Of a stretch of DNA of 47,755 nt, positions 9,101 to 17,127 are shown piece by piece (the stretch's first letter is position 1; each line of letters begins with the position of its first letter). Both the position numbers and the translations under genes were made by a program. Under the pieces are notes generated by a model. It did no database searches. It was given only the letters and a program-made list of their open reading frames with translations, and was not told the origin of the DNA. Source of the DNA: a virus (taxonomy: Duplodnaviria; Caudoviricetes); the IMG/VR virus record IMGVR_UViG_3300037882_003153, positions 1 to 47,755 of that record; one strand, given 5' to 3'.

Positions 9101-9563
9101 ACAGCGCGGCCTTTGCATTCATCTTCCGCCCTTGCCATGCGCTCATTTGCGCTTCCTGCACCCCACCCAAAAGCCCATGCTTGAAGCCAGCTTGAGCCAT
9201 GCGGGTATTGGTGCGCTGGAACGATTGATCGGCACGAGCCGCAATCTCATGCTGTTGGGCGTAGGCTGCGTGGGTCTGCGATGCCACCTGAGCCATTTTG
9301 GCGTAAGCCTTATTCGCCTCCTGAAATAGCAGCAATTGCACTTGGGCCTGCTCGGCCATTGCGGCCATTTTCACCACACCGGGGCGATCGAGCTTGCCAT
9401 ATTGCGGGGCCATTTTTTGCATATATCGCCCCTCCCGCGTGTGCATTTGCCGTAACTCCTGAGATTCCTTACCCATCGGCACGATCGCCGATGAACTTCC
9501 CCCACCTCCACCGCCGGAGAGCATCGATCGAATCCCTGAAACGCCACGTAATGAGATAGCCAT
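9093..9563 (-). CDS. Helical Q/A/M-rich hypothetical protein
   Basis: GGAG RBS; operonic; coiled-coil-like composition. Confidence 0.7.
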   Translation of the reverse strand: MAISLRGVSGIRSMLSGGGGGGSSSAIVPMGKESQELRQMHTREGRYMQKMAPQYGKLDRPGVVKMAAMAEQAQVQLLLFQEANKAYAKMAQVASQTHAAYAQQHEIAARADQSFQRTNTRMAQAGFKHGLLGGVQEAQMSAWQGRKMNAKAALYG

Positions 9564-9572
9564 GATTTGCTC

Positions 9573-10265
9573 CTAAAAACTTGCCAAATAATCAGTTGCG
9601 ACCCAGCCCGATCGACCATCCGCGATCGCCACTTTGGCCCACGCCGACCCCTTGAGATTGCGAACTTCACCCTTGTACTGGACGGGTTCCCCCTGCGGCA
9701 GAACCAAACGAACCGGGCCAGCCGGATCGGCGCGAAAATTGGTCGGCGATGCGACTTGATGCGTCCCCCATGCTGATGCTGATTGGACGGGGGAGATCGG
9801 GGCGGCGACAGTTCGGGCCAAGGTAGCGGGCGGCGCTTCGGTGGGTACCTGCGGAATCTCCGGGCACTGACCAAAAAACATGATGCACGTCACTTGGGGG
9901 GGCTTTTGGCGGGCGGCAACGAGGGCGATCGCCGCTTGCTGTTCCATCGCCTGTTGAACATTGGCGTTGGGTTTGTTGGCCTGCACCATCGACACCATCA
10001 ACACCCCAGCCACACAGATTGGAGTTAGCCCCCATTTCAGGGCATCGATTAGCCCATTCGCGATCGGGGCGCGTTGCGGCTGCATTTGCTGCAATCGCAT
10101 CATCAGCATTTGGTCAATCATCTCAGGCGTGACCTGGATAACCTGCTGTTGCTGTGGGGCTTGCAATTGCCCCGCGGGCACCGACGCCAAAGGGGCGGGC
10201 GGTGCCTCGGGCATTCCGTAGATTTTCTCGGGGTCGTACCCCCACACATCAGTCTCTTGCTGCAT
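9573..10265 (-). CDS. Membrane-anchored protein with C-terminal bacterial SH3 domain
   Basis: TM segment, Pro-rich linker, NFRADP.G....LP.G..V......W.KV...DGRSGWV...YL SH3b pattern. Confidence 0.8.
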   Translation of the reverse strand: MQQETDVWGYDPEKIYGMPEAPPAPLASVPAGQLQAPQQQQVIQVTPEMIDQMLMMRLQQMQPQRAPIANGLIDALKWGLTPICVAGVLMVSMVQANKPNANVQQAMEQQAAIALVAARQKPPQVTCIMFFGQCPEIPQVPTEAPPATLARTVAAPISPVQSASAWGTHQVASPTNFRADPAGPVRLVLPQGEPVQYKGEVRNLKGSAWAKVAIADGRSGWVATDYLASF

Positions 10266-10461
10266 TCTTCAACTCCTGTTGGATTAACTGTCTAAACTCG
10301 CTCGGAGGCGGATTAAACAGTGCATTGACACCCCAAATCAACCCACCAACACCCAGGAAACCCACGATCGCGATCACCGTAATCAGCCCAATCCGCCGAC
10401 TACTCTGCTCCGACTCCCACCGCAACCGCTGGATATACTGCCCCTGCACAGAGCTTATCAA
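10249..10461 (-). CDS. Small single-TM protein (start uncertain)
   Basis: IGLITVIAIVGFLGVGGLIW hydrophobic helix; fills the operon gap. Confidence 0.55.
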   Translation of the reverse strand: MISSVQGQYIQRLRWESEQSSRRIGLITVIAIVGFLGVGGLIWGVNALFNPPPSEFRQLIQQELKNAARD

Positions 10462-10768
10462 GGTGGTCGAGAAACCCTTCGACGGGCACCACCTCCGCAG
10501 TGCCCATTCGCTGGGTGAGTTGACCTAAATAATGCGCGGGCTGATTCGCCAAAAACTGAGCATCCTGCTCGGCAAATCCCTCAGTCCGGCCCGCCACCTT
10601 CGATAAAATTTGTTCTCGCAGGCTATCCACACCCGCGATCGGGTCGCCCGAAAATGCCTCTTGCGCCTGTGCCTGCGTATCTGGCGAAACCTTGGGCGCG
10701 ATCGCCCCTCGCTTTGCCTTGGCAAGCCCGCCGTCTTTATCATCTTTAATCATGGGAAACCTCATCAA
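10400..10768 (-). CDS. Hypothetical protein, first gene of the ATPase operon
   Basis: Directly downstream of a TATAAT promoter. Confidence 0.65.
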   Translation of the reverse strand: MMRFPMIKDDKDGGLAKAKRGAIAPKVSPDTQAQAQEAFSGDPIAGVDSLREQILSKVAGRTEGFAEQDAQFLANQPAHYLGQLTQRMGTAEVVPVEGFLDHLDKLCAGAVYPAVAVGVGAE

Positions 10769-10779
10769 ATGTTTCCCCG

Positions 10780-10809
10780 ATTATAGCCTGAATCTTGTAT
10801 TTAATACAA
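10780..10809 (-). promoter_or_regulatory. Promoter with palindromic operator over the -35
   Basis: Minus strand TTGTAT-18 bp-TATAAT; palindrome TTGTATT-T-AATACAA at 10795-10809. Confidence 0.65.
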
Positions 10810-10810
10810 A

Positions 10811-11071
10811 CTACTCAATCGATCGGTCATCCATTGCCACCTTGATCGCCCGCAGTCGGCGGATTGATTCGGGTTCGTCATCCGCCGCCGACCATAGCCA
10901 ATCAGCCAGAATGAAGCGTTCCATATATACCGGGGATGGCTCCGATCGGGTGGCTCCGGTCATCCACCAACGGTTGATCAGATCCATTGAACAACCCGCG
11001 ATCGCCTTGGCTTCGAGCTTGGTTAGGTGAGGATATTTTTGTCTGAATTCGGCGAAGGTCATGGTCGGCAA
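10811..11071 (-). CDS. Small HTH (XRE-like) regulator
   Basis: MTFAEFRQKY..LTK.EA..IAGCS...I.RW pattern. Confidence 0.65.
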   Translation of the reverse strand: MPTMTFAEFRQKYPHLTKLEAKAIAGCSMDLINRWWMTGATRSEPSPVYMERFILADWLWSAADDEPESIRRLRAIKVAMDDRSIE

Positions 11072-11267
11072 GGATGAGTAACACGCTTTAAAGATGCACT
11101 ATAACGGCGTTTCGGGCAACTAGGGTAAATATTTTTTGTACGTGATACAATTGGGATGAGACGGCAGTCGGTCATGCTGTCTCATCGCCTAGATAGGGCA
11201 AATCACTGGCTTTAAATCGCTCTAGGCAAAAGTGTAGGGTCGCAAATTATACAGGCACTCGGATTTT

Positions 11268-11735
11268 ATGATCTCTAGAAACCCCTTATCCATTAAAGAG
11301 CGGCGCTTCCCAACGGCATTTGCTAGATCGTGCTGCCAACATATTTACGGCGATCGGTTGCATGGTCATACCTATACCAATTGGAGGTCATGGGCCGGAG
11401 TCCCAAAGGGTTGCCGTTTCATTGAGTATTGTCACTTCTGCCGACTGTTGGCGATCGCGTATATTCGCGGCCATCAAGCCCCCGAAGATCGGGTGACGGA
11501 ACTCCGAGAGTCCATGATTGACTCGATCGCTAACTCTGTGGAGATGGCGGATCGGGTGTCGGGGCTGATTCGGCGGTTTGACGATCTGGGATGGGTGATG
11601 GGGCGGGATGCTCCGATCGCCCTCCAAGAGATCGGAGTCAAGGTCTCGCGCCCAACGCTCTATCGCAATATCCCCGGATTCTCGTCGGTCAAGGTCTACA
11701 AAATCGGCTATCTCAAAGAGATGTGTTTTGCCTGA
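11268..11735 (+). CDS. Hypothetical DNA-binding protein (HTH-like ends)
   Basis: TYTNWRSW near the N-terminus and VKVSRPTLYR near the C-terminus. Confidence 0.55.
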   Translation: MISRNPLSIKERRFPTAFARSCCQHIYGDRLHGHTYTNWRSWAGVPKGCRFIEYCHFCRLLAIAYIRGHQAPEDRVTELRESMIDSIANSVEMADRVSGLIRRFDDLGWVMGRDAPIALQEIGVKVSRPTLYRNIPGFSSVKVYKIGYLKEMCFA

Positions 11736-12109
11736 TGGGATACACCAAGTATGAGGCGCGATACGATAGCCTGTTTGAGTCGGCGGCATTCAAACGGATC
11801 GCTCATGCGGGTACGGGCGGGCGATGCTGTTGGTGTGAGCGGGCGGAGTCGGCAGAATTGCATCACGCGGCCTATGGGCAAGGCGACATCATCGGGCGGC
11901 ACCTGTTCCCGGTTTGCGCCTGGTGCCATGACAAATCCAACCCGATCGGGGTACACTCAAAACAGAACTGGCACCGTGATAAAGTTGATCCAGTGTTTGG
12001 CAATTGCAATTCCCCGGCGGCGATCGAAAAACTTAAGATAGGCTATCAGAGGCTAGTATGTTCCCAACGATCGAAGAACTCCAAAACATTGTGGCGACCA
12101 CCGGGCTAG
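11735..12109 (+). CDS. HNH endonuclease
   Basis: CxxC...ELHHAAY...LFPVCAWCH; start at the TGATG overlap. Confidence 0.8.
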   Translation: MGYTKYEARYDSLFESAAFKRIAHAGTGGRCCWCERAESAELHHAAYGQGDIIGRHLFPVCAWCHDKSNPIGVHSKQNWHRDKVDPVFGNCNSPAAIEKLKIGYQRLVCSQRSKNSKTLWRPPG

Positions 12110-12282
12110 ACACCGAGCTGGCGATCGGGTATTGGCGCGATCAGCAAGCATTCAGCCAGATCTCAACGGCGATGAGTCGCCAGCAATCGATTACGTACAG
12201 TGGGCTGTCTGATGCGGGAAAACGATTCGCCGATGACTTGCGGGGTAGCGTCGCCAGAGTCCAGGCCAGCGCATGGAAATAA
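12058..12282 (+). CDS. Hypothetical protein
   Basis: Operonic; ends just before a terminator. Confidence 0.55.
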   Translation: MFPTIEELQNIVATTGLDTELAIGYWRDQQAFSQISTAMSRQQSITYSGLSDAGKRFADDLRGSVARVQASAWK

Positions 12283-12286
12283 TCAC

Positions 12287-12320
12287 AAAAAAGCCCAAGC
12301 GATATGCCTGGGCTTTTTTG
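12287..12320. terminator. Bidirectional terminator
   Basis: aaaaaagccca/tgggctttttt between convergent operons. Confidence 0.75.
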
Positions 12321-12681
12321 TGTAGGGCACCCCCCAAATTCAACGGGTGGATGTAGGTCGCCCCACTGCCCCCTGATCGATGTTGATAATCCAACCCCGA
12401 TCGCGCAGGTGATAACCTGCCATCAGGACGGCGAAAATCAACAACACCGTCATTATTCCCCAGGGGGAGCCGTCGCTATATCGCATGGGATACCTCATCA
12501 GTTTTCCGTTTTCCGCCGATCAACGGGTTTGCGCCATGCCCGATCGTGAGCCAGCGTTGATCGCCCGTTTGCAAGTAGCACCACATTGCTGTGAGTTGGT
12601 TGTAGTCGCCGAGTAACCCCCGATAATCGTGAGGGCATGGCGCACCCCGCATCGATAATGGGCAAGATAATCCAGCCACCA

Positions 12682-13047
12682 TCACCGCACACCCCCCAAA
12701 CAGGCCCGCACCCCTTTCTTCCACACGATCGCCGCTACAGCTTTCTCGGCGTCGGTGTTTTTCGGCGTCGATCGCCACAGGGAACCCACCCGAACCACGC
12801 ATCGCAATTGCGCTGGGGTGAGTGGGGGAGTCGCGCCATTTGCTTCGATCGCCCGTGCCTGGGTTGGCGTCATTGCCCCGGTGGGATAACGATAGGGTAG
12901 ATTGGCATCACTGGCGTAATTCATCGCCATCCGTGTCCCGGACGAGTTTGTAATCACAGGTGGGGCCGTTGGCTCCGGCACAAATTTGGCATGGGCCGGA
13001 GCGGCGATCGTGAGCGCGAGAATTGCAGGAACAAATTTTGATAACAT
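12682..13047 (-). CDS. Exported hypothetical protein
   Basis: Signal peptide ending AHA; Pro-rich SSGTR segment. Confidence 0.65.
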   Translation of the reverse strand: MLSKFVPAILALTIAAPAHAKFVPEPTAPPVITNSSGTRMAMNYASDANLPYRYPTGAMTPTQARAIEANGATPPLTPAQLRCVVRVGSLWRSTPKNTDAEKAVAAIVWKKGVRACLGGVR

Positions 13048-13131
13048 GGGATAAGCCTATGGGCGATCGGGCGGCACTTTTGAGCGGAGCCGCCCGGTTT
13101 ACATTTTTGAGCGGCCAAATCATCAACAGGG

Positions 13132-13344
13132 TTAATCGAGCGGGCCTCGGGGCATGACTGATCGCCACAGTGCCGTGAACGGCCAAAATATCCAAACCAC
13201 AATGACCACGCCCACTCGAACCGGGAACTCAAACCAAGGCGAATATTTCCGAGGCATCTTGCGGGATGCCTTGGCGGCGCTGTCTGGCACCCCGCTTACG
13301 TAGCCAAGTATCAAATAAGTAGCAACGATCCAGAGTTCTATCAT
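13132..13344 (-). CDS. Small two-TM membrane protein
   Basis: Two hydrophobic helices; AAGGTG RBS. Confidence 0.6.
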   Translation of the reverse strand: MIELWIVATYLILGYVSGVPDSAAKASRKMPRKYSPWFEFPVRVGVVIVVWIFWPFTALWRSVMPRGPLD

Positions 13345-13484
13345 GATTCACCTTCACCTTATTTTTCAGGGTTAGCCGATCGAGGTTGCACACCTTGTAA
13401 TCCATATTTGATAGGGTTTACAAAGTCTCGATCGGCTTGTCGCAGGCCCGTATTTATCAGGCAATGCGCCAGAGTGGCGGATTT

Positions 13485-13652
13485 TCACACCGAAATCTCT
13501 TCACCGCGCCATCGACAGAACGCGATCGCGGCGTCTTGGATGCTTAATTCGGCGTACTCATACCGCACCCGATCAAGAAAATCTTCGTAGAACTCGGCGA
13601 TCGACTGGCGACACTCAGGATGCACCGCCTGTAATACTTGCCACTTAGCCAT
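13485..13652 (-). CDS. Hypothetical protein (55 aa)
   Basis: Read by hand: MAKWQVLQAVHPECRQSIAEFYEDFLDR...; GGAG RBS. Confidence 0.55.
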   Translation of the reverse strand: MAKWQVLQAVHPECRQSIAEFYEDFLDRVRYEYAELSIQDAAIAFCRWRGEEISV

Positions 13653-13682
13653 GATTGCAACTCCAGTGAATTTGCGATTGAA

Positions 13683-14048
13683 TTAGTAGGCCGAAACCGT
13701 TGCCAGATTGACCAAGTTCTCAAACTCTAAGCCGACTTGGCAGCGCACCGCTTTGCCCCACGCCATCGCTTTATCCCGACTGTAGGCATAGGCGATGATC
13801 GCCAGCGCCGACACTTGCCGAAACAACACGATTGTGATGATGGCGACCAGGCTGAAGACAACCTCATAAATCACCATCGCCCGATCGCTCGTAGCAACCT
13901 CAACCGCAGCGGCGGCAAACTCGAAGCATCGATCGTAGGCCGCTTGCCAGGTGGACTTGAGGCGGAGGTCGCCGAAATTGGAGCGCACCCATTCGCGGGT
14001 GATGCCGGAAATCGAAAGCACAGCGGTCTTGATTTGTTGGAATGTCAT
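13683..14048 (-). CDS. Hypothetical membrane protein with GDLRLKSTW motif
   Basis: GAGG RBS at ATG 14048; TM segment; upstream ORF extension overlaps a structured leader. Confidence 0.6.
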   Translation of the reverse strand: MTFQQIKTAVLSISGITREWVRSNFGDLRLKSTWQAAYDRCFEFAAAAVEVATSDRAMVIYEVVFSLVAIITIVLFRQVSALAIIAYAYSRDKAMAWGKAVRCQVGLEFENLVNLATVSAY

Positions 14049-14092
14049 GGTCAGAACCTCGAAAAAAATAGTTTGAATGCCCATGCGGGCGA

Positions 14093-14185
14093 TCGGGTGG
14101 CCGGGAATCGCACCCGCCCCAGGCCAGAAAACAATAGCGCTTCGATAAAGCGCGTCTCTCAAGACTTGGGTCACTATCCCACCCG
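14093..14185 (-). ncRNA. Degenerate tRNA-like element in an early leader
   Basis: 7-bp acceptor CGGGTGG/CCACCCG; 5-bp stem with 7-nt loop TTATCGA; T-arm-like CGGG-TGCGATT-CCCG; non-canonical D and variable regions. Confidence 0.4.
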
Positions 14186-14332
14186 TAATTTTGATTGGCA
14201 CCTATGCCAACTTTGGGCGCTTTAGGGTGCCGCCGACCCGCTTGTTCTTAGTGTACACCAAAAATCCGCTACTGTGTCATTTTGCCAAAAAAACATAGCA
14301 ACGGATTTTGGGGGGCGAGGTTGGGGGTGTGC

Positions 14333-14536
14333 TCACCCCCTCCGCTGGTGCCGAATCTGGATGTTGAGCGATTCAAGATTCTCCAGGATCGCCCCCAAAA
14401 AGTACCCGAAAAACGTAATCAACAACAGCGTTCCGGTAGCGAACCACCCAGAGGCGAAGGCCATGCCAGATAGCAAGCCAACGATCGCGCCGAGGGTAAC
14501 CCCCACCAAGCCGCTCGAAATTTTTGGTTTTTCCAT
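14333..14536 (-). CDS. Small two-TM membrane protein
   Basis: Hydrophobic Gly-rich helices. Confidence 0.55.
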   Translation of the reverse strand: MEKPKISSGLVGVTLGAIVGLLSGMAFASGWFATGTLLLITFFGYFLGAILENLESLNIQIRHQRRG

Positions 14537-14541
14537 TTGTC

Positions 14542-14703
14542 TCAATCCTCGCGGTGCATGATCAAAAACAACGAAATCGCCACATCCATTGCCTTTTGTT
14601 CTGTCCAAGCTGGATGTGCATCGAGCCAGCGTTGCATCGCCAGCGCATAACGCGGCGACACTTCGGCACTTGGCCCAATCCCCGGTCTAGTGGGATTTAG
14701 CAT
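14542..14703 (-). CDS. DUF2811-like small cyanobacterial protein
   Basis: AEV.......MQ.WLD.HP.W......A.SLFL pattern. Confidence 0.65.
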   Translation of the reverse strand: MLNPTRPGIGPSAEVSPRYALAMQRWLDAHPAWTEQKAMDVAISLFLIMHRED

Positions 14704-15083
14704 GACACCACCTCCCCGATCGCGTACTTGGTCAGATCCACGTCGTGGCGATGACCATAGGTGGCGGCGATCGCCGGGGAGACCCGATAGATTTTGCACC
14801 CGCGCCAAATGGGATCGTTTGATGGCCGTGCCATACAGTTTTTCGGCTCAATCACCTGGGCCAATTGGTAATGTAGGACTCGGTGGATATCGTGGCGGGA
14901 CTTCAGTAAGCCCCGATCGACTAGCAGTCCCAAAGCGTCCCTGGTGAGATTGGTTGTAGGGGCAACCAATTGCGATCGTGAGAACACTTCGCCATCATGA
15001 GCTAGGGCATATTCATAAATTTCGATCGCCCGTGCTTTCACTCTTTGATCGGCCTTTTGTTGGGTTTGTTGATTCTTCGGCAT
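14697..15083 (-). CDS. Hypothetical, winged-helix-like protein
   Basis: FSRSQL...TRDALGLLVDRGLL; operonic. Confidence 0.55.
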   Translation of the reverse strand: MPKNQQTQQKADQRVKARAIEIYEYALAHDGEVFSRSQLVAPTTNLTRDALGLLVDRGLLKSRHDIHRVLHYQLAQVIEPKNCMARPSNDPIWRGCKIYRVSPAIAATYGHRHDVDLTKYAIGEVVSC

Positions 15084-15444
15084 GAATTTTAATTTCCACT
15101 CTAGGATTGATTGGATCGATTTCTGGCTGATGCACGATCGGGGGGCTGATGTGATATTGCCACCGATCGTCTTTGATGATGCCCGCCGCCTTAAGGCAGT
15201 CGAGGATACTGGTTTCGAGGTTGTCAGTGTCTCGCAGGCGATTGTCGGCGAAGTAGGGCCAGATCTCAATTTGGAATCGAGTAAGATTCGGCGTCCCAAA
15301 TTTCGCCTTGAGTGCTGCTTTATGAGCCATTTCCCAGGCTTGATACGCCTTTGAAGGCACCCAAAAATCTCGCCCACCGCGCCGGATTTTCTGCTTACCA
15401 TTTTTCTTGCTGGGGCAATTCCCGAAAAACGTGTATTCGATCAT
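15013..15444 (-). CDS. rusA: RusA-like Holliday junction resolvase
   Basis: PSKKN, RDTDN..SILD.L..AGII.DD, PRVEI. Confidence 0.88.
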   Translation of the reverse strand: MIEYTFFGNCPSKKNGKQKIRRGGRDFWVPSKAYQAWEMAHKAALKAKFGTPNLTRFQIEIWPYFADNRLRDTDNLETSILDCLKAAGIIKDDRWQYHISPPIVHQPEIDPINPRVEIKIHAEESTNPTKGRSKSESTGDRNL

Positions 15445-16100
15445 GCAGAAACCGGAACGCGAGGGGATAACCGATCGTGGCTATATTTGAACCCCTCCTC
15501 AGAAATGTCACACCCGGCAAAGTGGCGACCCAAATTTAGCGCCGCCGCCCCGGTCGAACCGCCACCCATAAACGGATCGATCACCAGCTCCCCCGGCTGG
15601 GTAGATTGCTCAATCAAAACTTGAAGCAAGCCAGTGGGCTTTTCTGTGGGGTAGCCTCCCTTGATTTTGGGAAACCGCAGAACGTCACTGGTTCCAAGAT
15701 TGTTCAACTTTCGCTTACCTTTCTCAAAGAAAAGGATAAATTCCGACTGGCTGCGGTAGTGGTATCCCATGCCGATCGAAGCCTTGTCCCAGGTGATCGG
15801 CTTCCAGAATGTGAAGCCCGCCGCTTCGCCCATAGGCTTAATGGCGAACATGGTTTCAGCGTCACAGATCACATAGAGGTGAGTGTCCCGCTTTAGCACT
15901 CGATAGCACTGGTTCAGGAATGCGCCGAAGTAATCGTTCGGCACGGTGGGGAACCAATCGGTTAAGCGTGGCGTGGTGCCACGGGCGCGATGCTTGTCCA
16001 AGCTGCAATAAGCGGGATCAGTGACGATTAAATCGATCGACTCGGTTTCGAGGGTCATCAGCCATTCGGTTGCGTCCCCTTTAGTCAGGCTAATTGTCAT
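15441..16100 (-). CDS. Orphan N6/N4 DNA methyltransferase (beta class)
   Basis: DLIVTDPAY, YPTEKP..L, IDPFMGGGST. Confidence 0.92.
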   Translation of the reverse strand: MTISLTKGDATEWLMTLETESIDLIVTDPAYCSLDKHRARGTTPRLTDWFPTVPNDYFGAFLNQCYRVLKRDTHLYVICDAETMFAIKPMGEAAGFTFWKPITWDKASIGMGYHYRSQSEFILFFEKGKRKLNNLGTSDVLRFPKIKGGYPTEKPTGLLQVLIEQSTQPGELVIDPFMGGGSTGAAALNLGRHFAGCDISEEGFKYSHDRLSPRVPVSA

Positions 16101-16174
16101 TAGAGCATTAGTGAGGTTTGGATCGACGCGCATCCGCCGATCGTGTAATTACCCTTGATGCGAGGGAACCGTCT

Positions 16175-16408
16175 TCATCCGGGAAATTTTGCAATTCTGC
16201 GTTGAAGAGAGGTTGATAGAGCCTCAATCGTCGCCGGGTGCATTGTGCCATCGGAATTAGTCCGCAGCGGCTCCAGCTTTTCATAACCGTGATGATGCGG
16301 CTCAATGCCGCCCATTTGAAGCGCCATAAAAAGCGCCGCTACTTCATCGTCTTCCAGACCTGAAACGGTCAGGCCGACCGCAGCAATCATGGTTTTTTGA
16401 TAATCCAC
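16175..16408 (-). CDS. Hypothetical protein, first gene of the leftward early operon
   Basis: AGGAG RBS with GTG start; downstream of a TTGACA promoter. Confidence 0.6.
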   Translation of the reverse strand: MDYQKTMIAAVGLTVSGLEDDEVAALFMALQMGGIEPHHHGYEKLEPLRTNSDGTMHPATIEALSTSLQRRIAKFPG

Positions 16409-16429
16409 AGCTGACTCCTAAATTTTCTC

Positions 16430-16467
16430 TACTATGCCATTTTGGCGGAAACCCAAAGTATTGTCAA
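16430..16467 (-). promoter_or_regulatory. Leftward early promoter and candidate operator
   Basis: Minus strand TTGACA-17 bp-CAAAAT overlapping GCCAAAATGGCATAGTA. Confidence 0.7.
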
Positions 16468-16543
16468 GTCATCCACCAAAAATAAATCCGAGAGGATTGT
16501 GTGCTATAAATGCAGGATCTTATCCTAGTTCAGTGAGGCGGAA

Positions 16544-17086
16544 ATGTCGAAATTTAGCCAGTGGTTAACCTTGAAAATCGCGGAGAAAGGTGGGTTTGAA
16601 GCGGTTCAAGCCCACCTAAATTGTAGTTCGCGAAACCTAGCCCAATGGATGGCAGGGGCGGCTGATCCCAATATCGAAGGCCAATTAGCACTGGCGACAG
16701 TACTCGATGTGCCGTTTGAGGTGATTCGCAATCTGTTAGGCGCACCATGTAATGTCTTTTCCGAGTGGTTATCCCGCAAGATATTGCAGCACGGCAGCCT
16801 GCACGACTTCTGCCTAAAGGTGGAGATGTCCCGATCGAAAGTGAATGCTTGGCTGAATAATGGCACTGTTCCGGGTCGCTGGACAAAACGCGATGCCGCG
16901 CCAGAAATTCGCGACGCCCTGATCAAGTGGGGCGACACTACCCCACCCGCCGTTCTTCTTGCGGAGATTGAGAACCTGATCCATATCGCCTACACGGTCA
17001 AGCACGGATGTGAACCCGGAGGCAAGCCCAAGGCAAAATCGAAAAATAAAACTTCAAACCCTTGTCACTTTGCCAAAATGGCATAG
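16544..17086 (+). CDS. Tandem XRE-HTH repressor-like protein
   Basis: Two FS.WL..KI...HTH...W..G..P units; flanked by 17-bp inverted repeats. Confidence 0.78.
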   Translation: MSKFSQWLTLKIAEKGGFEAVQAHLNCSSRNLAQWMAGAADPNIEGQLALATVLDVPFEVIRNLLGAPCNVFSEWLSRKILQHGSLHDFCLKVEMSRSKVNAWLNNGTVPGRWTKRDAAPEIRDALIKWGDTTPPAVLLAEIENLIHIAYTVKHGCEPGGKPKAKSKNKTSNPCHFAKMA

Positions 17087-17092
17087 TATAGT
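17062..17092 (+). promoter_or_regulatory. Rightward early promoter and candidate operator
   Basis: TTGTCA...TATAGT enclosing GCCAAAATGGCATAGTA, an exact inverse of 16430-16446. Confidence 0.65.
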
Positions 17093-17127
17093 AAGAGACA
17101 CGCTCACAATTAGCCGCACTGAAAATC

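Noticed and set aside
13132-14536. Holin calls for the small TM proteins
   Set aside because: They lie in early operons with no adjacent endolysin; hydrophobicity alone is insufficient
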